From positions 248,001-312,000 of the forward strand of contig NW_002060962.1 in the NCBI RefSeq assembly GCF_000150275.1: a stretch of DNA of 64,000 nucleotides, read 5' to 3'. Source of the DNA: Trichoplax adhaerens (Eukaryota; Animalia; Placozoa). Made by a program: the position numbers and the translations under genes. Numbering within the stretch: position 1 is the first letter of the stretch; the number at the start of each line of letters is the position of its first letter. Below the pieces are notes generated by a model, which searched no databases, had not been told where the DNA came from, and saw nothing but the letters and a program-made list of their open reading frames with translations. Positions 52,105-64,000 of the stretch are shown here, piece by piece.

Positions 52105-52917
52105 ATGTCTGAAAATAATAGAAGCAGATCGTCCTTACATACGAATACCAGCAGCGCAGCCCACAATAGTTGTAATGAAGAATTGAACAATGCAAGAACA
52201 AAGTTCAACGATTTGTTACAAGATTTGGTTCGTCATAATAAAGAAAGTGCATCGGAACAAGATTGCATAAATAGTTTACTAGAATTGCCTAATCAGCCTT
52301 TACTTCCTTCGAATTCCACTGGACCTGAGAAGCGTAGCCTAGCTCAAAGTAGATCGCCACGAAAGCGAAAAAAGAAAGATAGTGGAAACAACAGTAATGT
52401 CCATGATAACTCTAACACGATACCGAGCACACCTGAAGGTAATAAACCCCCTATACATGTTATCAAGCTATTCGATCGTAGCGTGGACTTAGCACAGTTT
52501 GACGAACGTACCTCGTTATATACACTTTGTCGGTCATGGATGCATAATAATCCCAATGACGGTAGTGATAATGATGGATTTGCCAAATTAGATTTAGATG
52601 CAAATGAAAAAGCAAATAACGATGACACTAATGGTAGTAATCCAGCCATCGACGAATCAGGTAATGTTCATAGTTTACCAAAGCCATCTATTTTACAAAA
52701 GGAACGTTATACTGCTCTGACGCAAGCACCCAAACCGAAGCTGTGGGACACTAACCTAATCGGCAGTAATCAACAATCGATTGTAGAATTAAAGCGAGTT
52801 CATATCGCCCGATGGAAACTTATAAGAGCTAAATCACGCGAAAGATTGAGTAGAATGCAAGAGCAATATAGCGAATCTAATCGAATTATTAATAAACTGT
52901 ATCGACCAAGACATTAA
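52105..52917 (+). CDS. LIN37: LIN37, DREAM/MuvB core subunit, 270 aa, single coding exon
   Basis: VIKLFDRSVDLAQFDERTSLYTLCRSWM matches the LIN37 signature (human VIKLFDRSVDLAQF...LY..CRAWM). Also has the N-terminal AR..F..LLQ.L helix, basic NLS RKRKKK and C-terminal H..RWK.IR. Confidence 0.92.
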   Translation: MSENNRSRSSLHTNTSSAAHNSCNEELNNARTKFNDLLQDLVRHNKESASEQDCINSLLELPNQPLLPSNSTGPEKRSLAQSRSPRKRKKKDSGNNSNVHDNSNTIPSTPEGNKPPIHVIKLFDRSVDLAQFDERTSLYTLCRSWMHNNPNDGSDNDGFAKLDLDANEKANNDDTNGSNPAIDESGNVHSLPKPSILQKERYTALTQAPKPKLWDTNLIGSNQQSIVELKRVHIARWKLIRAKSRERLSRMQEQYSESNRIINKLYRPRH

Positions 52918-55249
52918 CATTGTATTTATAATTCTTCGGAAGTCAACGTATACGGTACTGTACGAGTGTACGGTATACAGTAGCATATTAATGTGAATAT
53001 AATTTTAATAAACCATATTTGACTCCTATTTTAAATGAATTTGTATCATAACTCATAAAGCGTATCGGTGAATTGGTTTATTTCACCACTGTAGTGTATT
53101 AATAGTGTTTGCATTTTTTTATCGAATAATGATAAATAGCACCCAAGAAGTTCATAATATGCTTTCGGTATTTCTGAAGGTATTAAATATAATATTTCAT
53201 AGGTTCAGCATAAGGATAACACGCTGTGCTATTACAATTATATATCGTTTTTATCAATGCATTATGTATGAGCTGTATCGATATGTTTTATCTGTGTATC
53301 TTTTTTTATACTTCACAATTTATTACTGGATTTGCCCATACAGATATGGGCCATACGGCAATAATATACATTATATAATGTTCTCTACATATTTCATTAT
53401 CATAAGTTTTTAGTATGTAAAAAAGTGGGCAGAGCTATAGCCACTTACAGTATATTGCACTCGGTGATTCCACTGTATTCTACAAAATCTGGAAGACATT
53501 AGCTATTATGCGTTTGGTTCTTTAAATTCTTTACTAATTTCGTTACTTCTAGGACGTTAATGCAGTTACACGAATTGTATTTTGCCATATGACCACTTTT
53601 ACATGTACTGAGTGGACAAACTTGCTGCTATATGACATCTATTCCGTTGATATCGTTATATTTGAGAAAAGAATTCGTATAGCTTGGTAACATTTTTATA
53701 TAAATGAATGCAATAGCGATGCTCTTCTAAAATTCTTAAATATATTAATCAATCCATTTTGTCTATAATTTTCCTTGTAGAGTTATGCAGCATAAACATG
53801 TCAATGCATAGAATGATACTGTATTGTATATCTTAATGCTAATAAGCGAATGTATCTAAGATTTGTTATCCTGGTAATAAAAATATCAGTTTATCGTAAA
53901 ATTTGAACCAGTTCTATTGGTATTTGTTTATAGATGTAGTGTGGCTTATATTAATTGTTCCGATGTACAAACTCGGTGCGATCTACAATTACTCTGCCGT
54001 AAACTGATCACACTCAATGTAGATACTATGTAGCGATTAATGGATTATTTGCAGGTTGGATATTTTAGGAGTTTCGATTACTGTATAAAATGTTGGTTTT
54101 TGACCTTTTCTAAAAACGTGCTTTGGGAAATCACGGTTATCTTTACCATTTTTTAGAATTGATATTAATTTATAACTTTATCGTCATTCATAAATGGAAT
54201 TGAATGCGTTTTATATGTCAATGCTACTTGATTGTAGCAGTAATCGGTAAAGGAAATTACTATTTTGATAACAACTATCAGAACGTTCAGCATAAATCAT
54301 TCTTTCTGCCGTTTTATGGTTTACCATAACGTATGCACGCATGCAGTCTAGAATCAAATTCGTTGGATGACATGGACTTAATTTCATCCTGATCTATAGT
54401 ATTAAAAGTCTTAATGCTATCCTATAGCGAATCTAAATTGCATCATTGTAATCACTCTACTGTATGAATACTAACAAATGTAATGCTTTTGCAGAATTCG
54501 TGGCCTGTCGCCAATGTAACTACGCGTATAATGATTATAGTAAGATTTTTGGTCTATTCCCATTATAATACTACATCGCGCCGAAGAATTGATTGATTGA
54601 TATCCATCTTCAAAGGTGTAGATATTTTATTACAGATTTATGATAATTCATATCAGAAAATCATCAGGACATGGACTACTAGATGTAATTTAGTAGTCTA
54701 CGGTCAGGAGCATCACAGCTCGGTAAATTCCTGTCGAATACTGATGAATTACGCGTATAATAATAAGCTAATTATGCTCAGTATTTAAATTATGCACTAC
54801 GCAGCCTGACGGTGCCATTAAATCATTTTATATCTACCGTGTATAGATTTAGCAATCTTAAGTTAGAAAATAGTGCTAGCTTCCCGTTCATCGTGAACCA
54901 GTCTAGACAGCCAGCCAACTATATACTAGGAAATAGGAGAATTGAACCAGTATACGGTACAGCCTTTACGATTGCAAAAGCACCAATGTCTCCTCATCAA
55001 ATTATCAACATAGATAATTGTGAAATAGATATACTAGTATCGGATAAATATCATTCTTGATGATACTTTGCACTTCATGCGCCATGCTACTACATACAGT
55101 AGGCCACATAGCTATAGCAATTATATAATTATTGCTAGCAAACCTGTTACTTAGTTAATAGAGACCCTGTCTGTAATTGAATCTTAATCCTACCATGCTA
55201 CTATGACTGGCTCGAGAAATGCTATTTTATGGTGGGCGTACCGTATCAC

Positions 55250-55525
55250 AATACAGTACAGTACTGTACTACAGTAGTAAGCACTGCATCTCGTTACAGA
55301 CTGTACGGTACTGTAAGAGTGTCAGTACACTCTACACGTTAGTCAGTAGATTTTTATTTTAAATTTTTGCGCGTAAAAATCATTACGGTATCTGTATCGT
55401 ACTGTACTGTATACTGTACGTACTGCACACTGTACTGTACACTGTACACTGTACAGTACGACACTGTACAGTACTGTAAGTTATTGTAATAAGTACAGTA
55501 AGTTACACTCATACTGTACTGTACG
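55250..55525. repeat. ACAGT/ACTGT tract upstream of the HNH-like gene
   Basis: Runs such as 'actgtactgtacactgtacactgtacagtac'. Confidence 0.8.
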
Positions 55526-55872
55526 TTTGGCCAGCTGGTAAGAAGGTGGATGGCTGTTACTTAGCTTTAAAGCAACGAAAAGTTTGTCAAACTTTGCGTA
55601 CCTGCAACCGCTACAAGTACATGTATTTTAAACTGAATACAGTGTAGAGCTCTAAAATCCCAGATAAAACATACTGTAGATGACATTCTGACAATGATAT
55701 AGTTACTTATATACTGCACATCAATTATATTATTCCTTTCTTCAATGGGATCCAATTTGCAAATTGTAAATTACACCCAGAGTACTGTATAATAATAAAA
55801 ATACAATACTCGTACACTCTTTTATCGATACTGTCAAACTAAAACTGGGTTAGCAATTCTAGTTCACTGTCA

Positions 55873-56664
55873 ATGAAGCTACCTTCGCTGAATACACGTT
55901 CCGTGGATTCTAAGGACAACCAAGGCACTCCGGTAAAATTGATCAGCTTACGATCGGTAGGAGTTGGCTCATTAGTAGGCTTTTGTACATTTCCTGCAAC
56001 ACTAGGAACTTTGCAAATAGTTCTGTTCAGCCCATTAAGATTATCATGCTCAATTCCAGTGGTATCATCTGTTTCTGGCACACTAGCTGTTGCCACTTCG
56101 GTTACAGTTGCGTCAATCGCCTCTATATCTGCTTCATTATTTTATCAACGACTGGAAAACTCCCTAGCAACAAAGAAAGATACCAGAAAAGAAATTAGTT
56201 TACGCTACTCATTTTCTCCCGTTGATTTAGGGTTCTATACTGTAGCTGCTGGCATTACTTTTAAAATTGCTGGGGGTCGGTTCAAATCTGTATTACCAAG
56301 TAGCTTTTTCAAAGCAGGAGCTTTTGCACATTCTTGTATACCTGCCAAGGGACAGATGTATGCCACAAAGAAAGAAAAATGGTTACTTACCTCGCTCGGG
56401 CGAAAATACGGATGCCATACCTGTGGAAGTAGAAGAAGTAAATTCTATTTTGGAGATCATATTCCTCCGAATACACTACTAAGGAAGGGAGAGCAACAAG
56501 TATTTTATCCTCAATGTAATCAATGTTCCAGTTTACAAGGTGGATTACTTTCAGGAAATAAAAGTAACTTCAAATTAAAAACGCATGCCTTATCGTTAAG
56601 GCTATATCACTTGTATTTACCATTTCCATTTATTTTAATGGCTATTCGTCAATTTGCTATATAG
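55873..56664 (+). CDS. Uncharacterised 263-aa protein: hydrophobic N-terminal segments plus C-terminal HNH/His-Me-finger-like zinc-binding domain, single exon
   Basis: Long uninterrupted ORF in AT-rich DNA. Contains GCHTCG...GDHIPP...FYPQCNQCSSLQG, apolar stretches at ~aa 29-52, 62-91 and 119-133, and a hydrophobic C-terminal tail. Confidence 0.8.
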   Translation: MKLPSLNTRSVDSKDNQGTPVKLISLRSVGVGSLVGFCTFPATLGTLQIVLFSPLRLSCSIPVVSSVSGTLAVATSVTVASIASISASLFYQRLENSLATKKDTRKEISLRYSFSPVDLGFYTVAAGITFKIAGGRFKSVLPSSFFKAGAFAHSCIPAKGQMYATKKEKWLLTSLGRKYGCHTCGSRRSKFYFGDHIPPNTLLRKGEQQVFYPQCNQCSSLQGGLLSGNKSNFKLKTHALSLRLYHLYLPFPFILMAIRQFAI

Positions 56665-59584
56665 ACAGCATTGATATGTACCAATGTACGCGCATGTATA
56701 ATATATTATACTGTATATATATAATAACTTAACGCAATCATTGTATATTATTATTATAAATATAATTTGATCGGAATACTATAGAAATGTGTCTTAAAGT
56801 TTATCATTTTTACTACAGATACTGGACAATAGTCAGATAAAGCGTGTACAGTATAATTTGACTGTTTACTTCAATTAAATTGTCCAGTATCACAGTACAG
56901 TACAGTATTTCAGAAATAGGATTGGCGATGGCATACTGTATGTAATCAGGAATGTCACAGTTCACCTCGATGCTCCAAAACTGTCGATATAAGATTTAAT
57001 ATACTGTAAATGTTTCTCCATTAACAGACATAGTATATGTCGAAGTTTACTTGATATGAAACTAACGTTGGTACAAATATAACGAATTTATAGAAATGAC
57101 CAACCTCAATTACTGCTATTGGAGGGTGATATTGAATAGAGTATCTATGAAAAGGAAAGCAAATTCAATAAATCGTTGTACATTTAGAACATCGATCAAA
57201 AAGTAGTTGTTAATTTGCGACGAGACTTTGAATCGTTGTGGTAAATGTATCATGACTGAACTTTAAGTTAGCAGGTAGTGATTCAGGAAAATGATAAATT
57301 TGGATTAAGGTTCAGAATACAAGAATAAATTAATTTTTAAAATTATAACCGTGCTGTTCGTCTCAGACTGTTAACTTTGTAATAAATTTATTGCATTATT
57401 ATGGATGATAATTCTATCTAATGGTACAACTTCGATTGGACTTTAGAATGTAACATCTACATAATAATTCAGCAAAGATTTCAACCCTGATTACGGTGTA
57501 GTGCATTATAAAACGCATATGATGTTCATATGCTTTACGCTGGTATTGTACAGATGTGAAATTTTTAAAGTAGCGAGCGTCGCATACTGCAAAAAATTTT
57601 GTTTCATGTTGTTATTATAACTAGGGTTTGTAGGGTGTGTCTCTTTACTTACAGGTTGATGTTTTGATGAAATACGCGTACATTATTTTTTCAACGCATA
57701 TTCATGATATCTATCGTAACTACACAATTTATGATGCCATTATCCATTAAAATTACCTCATTTTACCATTATATGATGCTATTCTATAACCGCATTTTAT
57801 CATCGCAATTGGAAACGCTTATACTCCTTTACATTATGCATATTCATACATGGGCGTTATTGAATGTAAAATAATTTTACAAATTGCTAGAATGCACCAA
57901 AAGATGTTTTATTTTATTGATAAAGTTCTTCACAAGAATTCTAGCTTAATTAATAGAACATACAGTATATACGCGTATACAGTACTTAAAATTTTTAAAT
58001 CTTGGCATGATATCAACGCGCATTCAATATTTCTTAAATTAGGCAATGGCAAGGCGTTAAAAAAGTGAAATTTTAGTCGAAATTATTTGGTTTAACTGTA
58101 TTTTTCTAATTTTACAATTTATATAATATAATAAATCTTAATACTATCATTTTTATGAGGGCAACGCTTCTGAAGCTCTAGCCAATTACTGTTGTAAATC
58201 CCATTTCATCACGTAAAATTTTTCTACAGTATTATAAAAATCATATATCTACAGAGCATCATAAAAGAAGATATCACGTAATTTTATGTTAGTTACGATA
58301 GCTACGATAGTAACTAACATCGCAAAAAGTTTGAAGTCATTTTTTAATCTTACGATAGGAAAAAAAAGTTTCGGTCGAAATTTGATAAGAAGGGCATCGT
58401 GGTAGAATCACTTTATCAGGGACTACTCGCTGGAGCTATCATTACCAAAATATTCCGTGATTGGAATATACTAATTGATTTATTTATTTTTACTTTATTT
58501 TATTATTCTATGCGGGAATACCACCGGCGTTGTTGGTAGTATCCGTTCACTAACCATCACAAACCCTAATGAAGGTAAAAAGATAAAAAATATCAATATG
58601 TTTTAATATGCTCGTACTTAAAAATAGCAATACAAGCTCGGACAAGATACCCAATTTTGAATATAGACATTGATAATAATAAAATTGATAGGATTTAATA
58701 ACCAAGTATTGAAAGTAAGCTCTATCGATTGAATGACAATTCTGCTGTCTAATGTTACTGTATACGCGTACCGACGTACGCGTATATACAGTACAGTAGT
58801 ATATGACTAGAGTCCCAATGCAACAAGTGAAGTCAAGGCACAGTCACTGCAGCACGATTCAATCACGCACTGACGCATTGACGTCGTGGTGATTCTTTTG
58901 TTGGAGCGGCATGACAAAGAGGTTAAGTAGTGCATCAATTAAAGCGATGACAGAATAGTATGTAACCGCAGTATGGTATGGTAGAACTATGCTGTACCGG
59001 TGTATTTGAACAGTAGACTACACTTATTGTAGTGTTTGAACAACAGCCCACACATTGTAATGTACATTATACAGATGAAGAGATAATTAGGTTTACACAC
59101 CAAAAAACAAAATTTTCTTACGTAATTTTTCCTCACCAATTCTACTGTATAAATGATGCAAGGCTTTTTAAGCTCATGCTTTGCGAGATTGATTAACTTT
59201 CTATTGCAATTTACAGTCCAATTTATTAGAATGCGTTTATCTGTATACTATATTCGTAAAACCTTATCAAGGAGGACGCACTTGAGCTGCTATCCGTACA
59301 GTATACAGTACTCTACTGTACAGTGTACAGTGTACAGTAGATTGCTTAGAAAATAAATGGAACTTTTATGATTCCGAAATCGGCTTGAACCAATTCTTGT
59401 TTGTACTTTTTAAAATATTAGATCCGCTCTAAATTGATCTAGGTAAAGTCAAATTCGTCATTTTTGTTCTTATTGTACTACGTAAACTGCTGCGGCAGTA
59501 ACTTGTACTGTATGAGTGACATAGGTGCTGTACACAGACTAAACAGTATGTACTAGGCAACGTGTGCAGATGGATTTTGAAACT

Positions 59585-60802
59585 TCACTTTACGTGAAAG
59601 TCAAGTGTTGTGGACTTGATGGGCACTTCAGCTGAAGTTCGCTAAGTGGACAGTATAGTGCTACTAGCAGAAACTTCTAAATTTACAGCAGGATCCAATT
59701 AAAAAAATAGTATCAAAACGCCAGATGAATCAACAAATAATTACAGTACGTAAATATGTTACTACAATGTGATAAAATGGAAAAGAAATAAATATCGATC
59801 ATGACCTTGGCATTGGTTACGACAGATTCAAGAAAAATTGTCATGGTTTATACTTACTGTACTGTACACTATACAGCACAGTAATCAGTAATCTGCAACT
59901 GATTATTATTATTATTACTACGGAGCTCAAAGAAGGCTGAGAAGACGTAATAATGTTGTGACTAGATGACTACATACAGTATAGTTATCTACCTGTTCAA
60001 TGTTTAAATTTATAGCACCATATACACTTGTACAATATATGGTAGATATGTTACATAAATAATAAATATTACAATTGCAGAAATCTGCACGTACACGATT
60101 ATCGTACTAGAGGTTTTGGATCAAGTCGATTTTATAGGATCCGAAGTTTTAATGTCTATGTGTACATCACTGTTTAGTTGCAAGGCTTGTTCTCACGGTC
60201 GAATTTTGAAAGTAGTTATTGCAGAGCCTTACCTTGCTTGAACGAGTGACGGCCGAGCCAGATCTCGGTCTTCGAGATCCCAATTCGTTGAAAGAATTCC
60301 ATAAACCATCTTTTGGTGTAACAGACAGTTTGGAGATGGAACTTTGTGAAAGCGACAAGCTGCCAAAATGACCCAATGGCTGCTTACTTGGTAAATTTTC
60401 TATAATTAATAAAATAAGAATCCGATAAATCGACTGATAATGGTTGTGTTGTCTGCACAGTACATATAGTATATGAACATAATTGCAGCTTTCAACATAC
60501 AGTACTAACAAAAGTACAAATTGATTTGACAAAAATCATTAGGTAATAAAATAATGCAAACAGGATCATAATCAACGGTAATTAATCCTGCAAATTTTTT
60601 TGATTGCTGTGAGTCATTTTGATATGGCTGCGATCACTTTTAAAACATGAAAATACAAGCATCTACAGAAACATCAAACTGAAAAAGACGTACGTCCTTG
60701 ATTAATAGGAAAGTTTTGGTCTAATAAACTTTCGGATCGGACCCTATTCTCAACATGCTTCAGAGAGTGAACCGAGACGTAAGATGGAGCTAAATTGGCC
60801 AT
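59585..60802 (-). CDS. Putative small Ser-rich protein (~110 aa). Exons 60694-60802, 60233-60399 and, tentatively, 59585-59641
   Basis: ATG exon MANLAPSYVS...NQG ends phase 1 at a GTACGT donor and joins in frame to an AG-bounded exon (Q)NLPSKQPLGHFGSL...RRPRSGSAVTRSSK with a GTAAGG donor. The last exon RTSAEVPIKSTTLDFHVK* is a guess. No family recognised. Confidence 0.45.
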
Positions 60803-61079
60803 GGTTTCTCTTGATGCGATCTCAAGATGAATCAAAATTGTGATCCTTTATAAAGCACTGCGCTTGCCGGTACATCAACGTTTCAGAAAGAAGTAACAAT
60901 GTGCACTTTGATAGCAGAAAAACAATCAAAAATGATTTGTCTTGCTTTTACCGCATTGCCAAGTAAGATATAGACACACTGTACAGTAGCAGAGTATGCT
61001 TGAACCCTAAGGGCTTGTCATGGGCTGTACCCATTCAAAGCTGATGAAACTGCTAACGCAATGCATTGTAAAATTGCGT

Positions 61080-61215
61080 AGTCTACAGTCTACTGTACTG
61101 TACTGTACAGTATTATGACGCGGTAAAATGCAAAGGGTACAGTACAGTACTGTAGATTGTAGCATTGTACTGTACAGTACAGTACAGTATTCAGTACTGT
61201 ACTGTACTGCACAGT
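61080..61215. repeat. ACAGT/ACTGT tract, probable bidirectional promoter region
   Basis: Pentamer runs lying between the - strand ATG at 60802 and the + strand candidate exon at 61915. Confidence 0.7.
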
Positions 61216-61914
61216 AGTTCTGACTACTACTCGGCCAACCGGCTTAACCAGTTATTATCATGCTGAGATATATAATGTAATCATATAAATAAGAAGATAA
61301 CCACTTTTAGACCCGAAGTGAACCGATTCACAGAGAAATCAGAGGATTAATAATATAATTATTATAATTGTTTACATTATCGTCTCTATGGACGGAATTG
61401 AATATTTGGGCAGTTATTTTTTTTTTTTTATTCTTGCCCTCATGAGATATGCAATGCAATACTGTATTTAGATGCATACTGTACTATAGAAAGTACTATA
61501 GTCGAGTAAATTGAAAACAATTTCTAATTTCAAAATACTGTATGCTTGTTGCTTATTACTCTCCATTTGGATTACATCAATCGATAATTGTAATGATAAG
61601 TTATGTGGATCTACAAGGCTGTAACTCAGATTTACCATTACTTCAAGTATAACCCTGATATTTCCTTTTGAAGATTGATATAATTAGTCGAATTTCCAAG
61701 ATTCCCATCGGACGTAAACTCTGTATGTTTCCCATTTCTTTTATAGGGCTTGATCCGCCCCGTAATAAATACAAATACGGTATAATATATATCGACAGCA
61801 ATGATTCCGGGTAATATATACTAAAGTGGTAATATCGACATATTCATGGGTGATTTATCAGTCCTTGGCAGTCGCATAACCTCATTTGAGTTGTAACATT
61901 TTTCAAACGGCATA

Positions 61915-62033
61915 ATGTCAGAAGCGGCTTGCTTAAACGTTCAAACCTTCATCATAGGGGGCTTGTATCTCTTTCTCAATCTTATGTTGGCGGAACTTAT
62001 TCACTGTCAATACTTCTCTGCGGTAGTCAAGAG
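61915..62033 (+). CDS. Possible first coding exon of a secreted or membrane protein continuing to the right
   Basis: ATG in 'ataATGt' context encodes MSEAACLNVQTFIIGGLYLFLNLMLAELIHCQYFSAVVK with a signal-peptide-like hydrophobic core, followed by AG|GTACGG. No downstream exon identified. Confidence 0.3.
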
Positions 62034-64000
62034 GTACGGTACTTTTTCAAAGAAATCGTTATATCGACGTAATTGCGGTCTAAGCCGCATTTAGATTCTA
62101 GTGCTACTCTACTATTCAATGTAAAATTGGCGTACTAGCCTACTTTTTACATGTACCTACATTGTATTCACTTTTGATGATATATAATACAAGCGTGAAT
62201 CAATGATGGTCATTATCATACCATTTAATTAGTTGTTTATGAATAATAAGAGAGCATGCATCATCGCTATGACGTAAATAACATTTCTAATTAAATGAAA
62301 TTGGTGTAGATCAAATAAATATCGCAAGTTGAATCAGTAATGATGGCTAAATGTTTATTCCTAGTTGTAGTCAACAAAGGAAGAATATACATATACGTGA
62401 TACCATGATAGTACAGTATACCATACATTAAACGTTGTACAATGGTAAAGTAGACTGTGTGGATCAGGTCAAATCCAAAATTGATAACAACTACAGTATC
62501 AGTATATTGGCCATTTGGCGTCCACTAAAATGATTCAGTACTATACTAAAAGTTATAATGAAAACATTACACAAACAAAACAGACAATAGTATTAATTGT
62601 TTTCCTATTCTACTTGAAGCCGGATCTATTAAAGTTTGCAGTAATTACCTTAGTTTTCTCAGAAATTATCTTATATACTGTAACCAGTAGATAATAAACG
62701 TTTGAGTATACCAAAACTACATCAGTTATTATTTAGAGATTTTTTCATGTATTACGGCATGATTTTATAAACTGGGTAGTACTATAGATATAAATTGACC
62801 GTTAAAATTTAGTGTGTCTATAAGCTTGGAAGAAGGTATTCTAGCATTAGATCGATTGACTTACATATGAGAAAATATCGAATTCATGCTATTTACTGTA
62901 TACTACTGTATACGCGTATACGCGAGTAAATATTACGAAAGCCAATGGACTTGTAGCAAAGTACAGTAGTGATTTCTAGTGATGATCCAATTTATACGTT
63001 GAACTTTGACATAGGCAGTAAAGTTGGCCATTCAGATAATACCCCTAAAGGCACTACGCTATCATTAATCACCTTACAGATAATACTAATAATATAATTG
63101 AACGTTTATAGAGCAATTGTTCGTATACAAGCAACTCTTTCGAAATGATAAATTAACGAAGAATCGATTAAAGAACCGTTAAACCAAATCCGGTTTGTGA
63201 CCGGCATCCATTATACATGTCCGAAAGTTAATTAGCATCTGGGTAAATGTAATCGTCATATCAATTATTGTTCTTTTAATGTCCAATGTTACTGGCTACC
63301 ATCAATCCCTTTAGTGGCGTAAGTTTAATGTGGTTTTTAATCGAAGAAAACGATATTAGTAGGCAAGGAAAGTGAGCTCTACATAAAAAATTTTGAATTA
63401 AAGATGTTTATATGATAACATTCACTATAAGTATGCTAGTATAAAGGCATTTGTATCGTTAATGAATGAAGAAGTTCATCTATTATTGATTATCATGATT
63501 ATTGTAGTCTTTCTGCTGTACTGTATTCTACAGTAACTGAATAATGAATGGCCCAATATTTATTTAACTTGAATTCAAAAGCATCGTATTACGACAAATT
63601 TTTAGACGGCGCCAATAACTGATGTTCCGCCTTCGGAGTAACAAAATATTATATTAGTATCGTATCCTTAATATTCCTTATGTAAGTAAAATGTACTTAC
63701 ATTATAACGCTATTCATTTTAGCCATATGCTAATCAATAATAAAAAATAAATAGGAAGTTTAGTTCACTGCTTGGCTTCACGAGAGTTTTGTTTTCAATC
63801 ATTTTACTTCTTAGAAAATCTAATTAAGAACAGGCCTATTCAAAGGCATTAAGCTAAGAATGATAGCTTATTTTATAGCGGAAAACATTCTATTAATTAA
63901 AAAATCGTATCATGCTTTATATTGAAGTTATGGGATAGTTATTTAAATTACAGTAAGAGTTGATATGTGTACGTCTGTGTCGCTGGATATAAATCATAGA

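Noticed and set aside
53449-53610. Possible small - strand exons with AG/GT boundaries
   Set aside because: Could not be assembled into a coherent frame or recognisable protein.
58911-58927. ATGACAAAGAG|GTTAAG as a possible first micro-exon
   Set aside because: No compatible downstream exon found; too little evidence.
1-64000. tRNA, rRNA or snRNA genes and autonomous transposons
   Set aside because: None recognised by eye. tRNAscan-SE, Infernal and RepeatMasker runs would be needed to exclude them formally.

Overview
AT-rich, intron-containing animal genomic DNA with canonical GT-AG introns. The compact gene structure and abundant ACAGT/ACTGT pentamer tracts suggest a placozoan (Trichoplax-like) genome; this is an inference, not verified. 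Contents, left to right: (1) the last six exons of adenosine deaminase (+). (2) A tandem array of six intact five-exon class III GLUT (SLC2A8/SLC2A6/Tret1-like) sugar porters (all -, 2352-50115), with identical intron positions but individually remodelled substrate pockets. (3) Inside that array on the opposite strand, a ~3.6-3.7 kb tandem duplication carrying two intronless, bacterial-looking PhzF-family isomerase genes. The copies are nearly identical over ~2 kb, except that copy 1 has lost the catalytic Glu (E47T) and has a one-codon deletion next to the EDPVTGS motif, a pattern expected from gene conversion opposed by selection. (4) An intronless LIN37. (5) An intronless hydrophobic protein ending in a CxxC-DH-CxxC HNH/His-Me-finger-like domain resembling bacterial polymorphic-toxin tips. 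(6) A small putative spliced gene and a possible signal-peptide exon near the right end. Non-coding features include a two-copy foldback MITE-like element, several minisatellites, and ACAGT tracts at gene 5' ends. Exon coordinates were read by eye from splice sites and reading frame; no searches were run.
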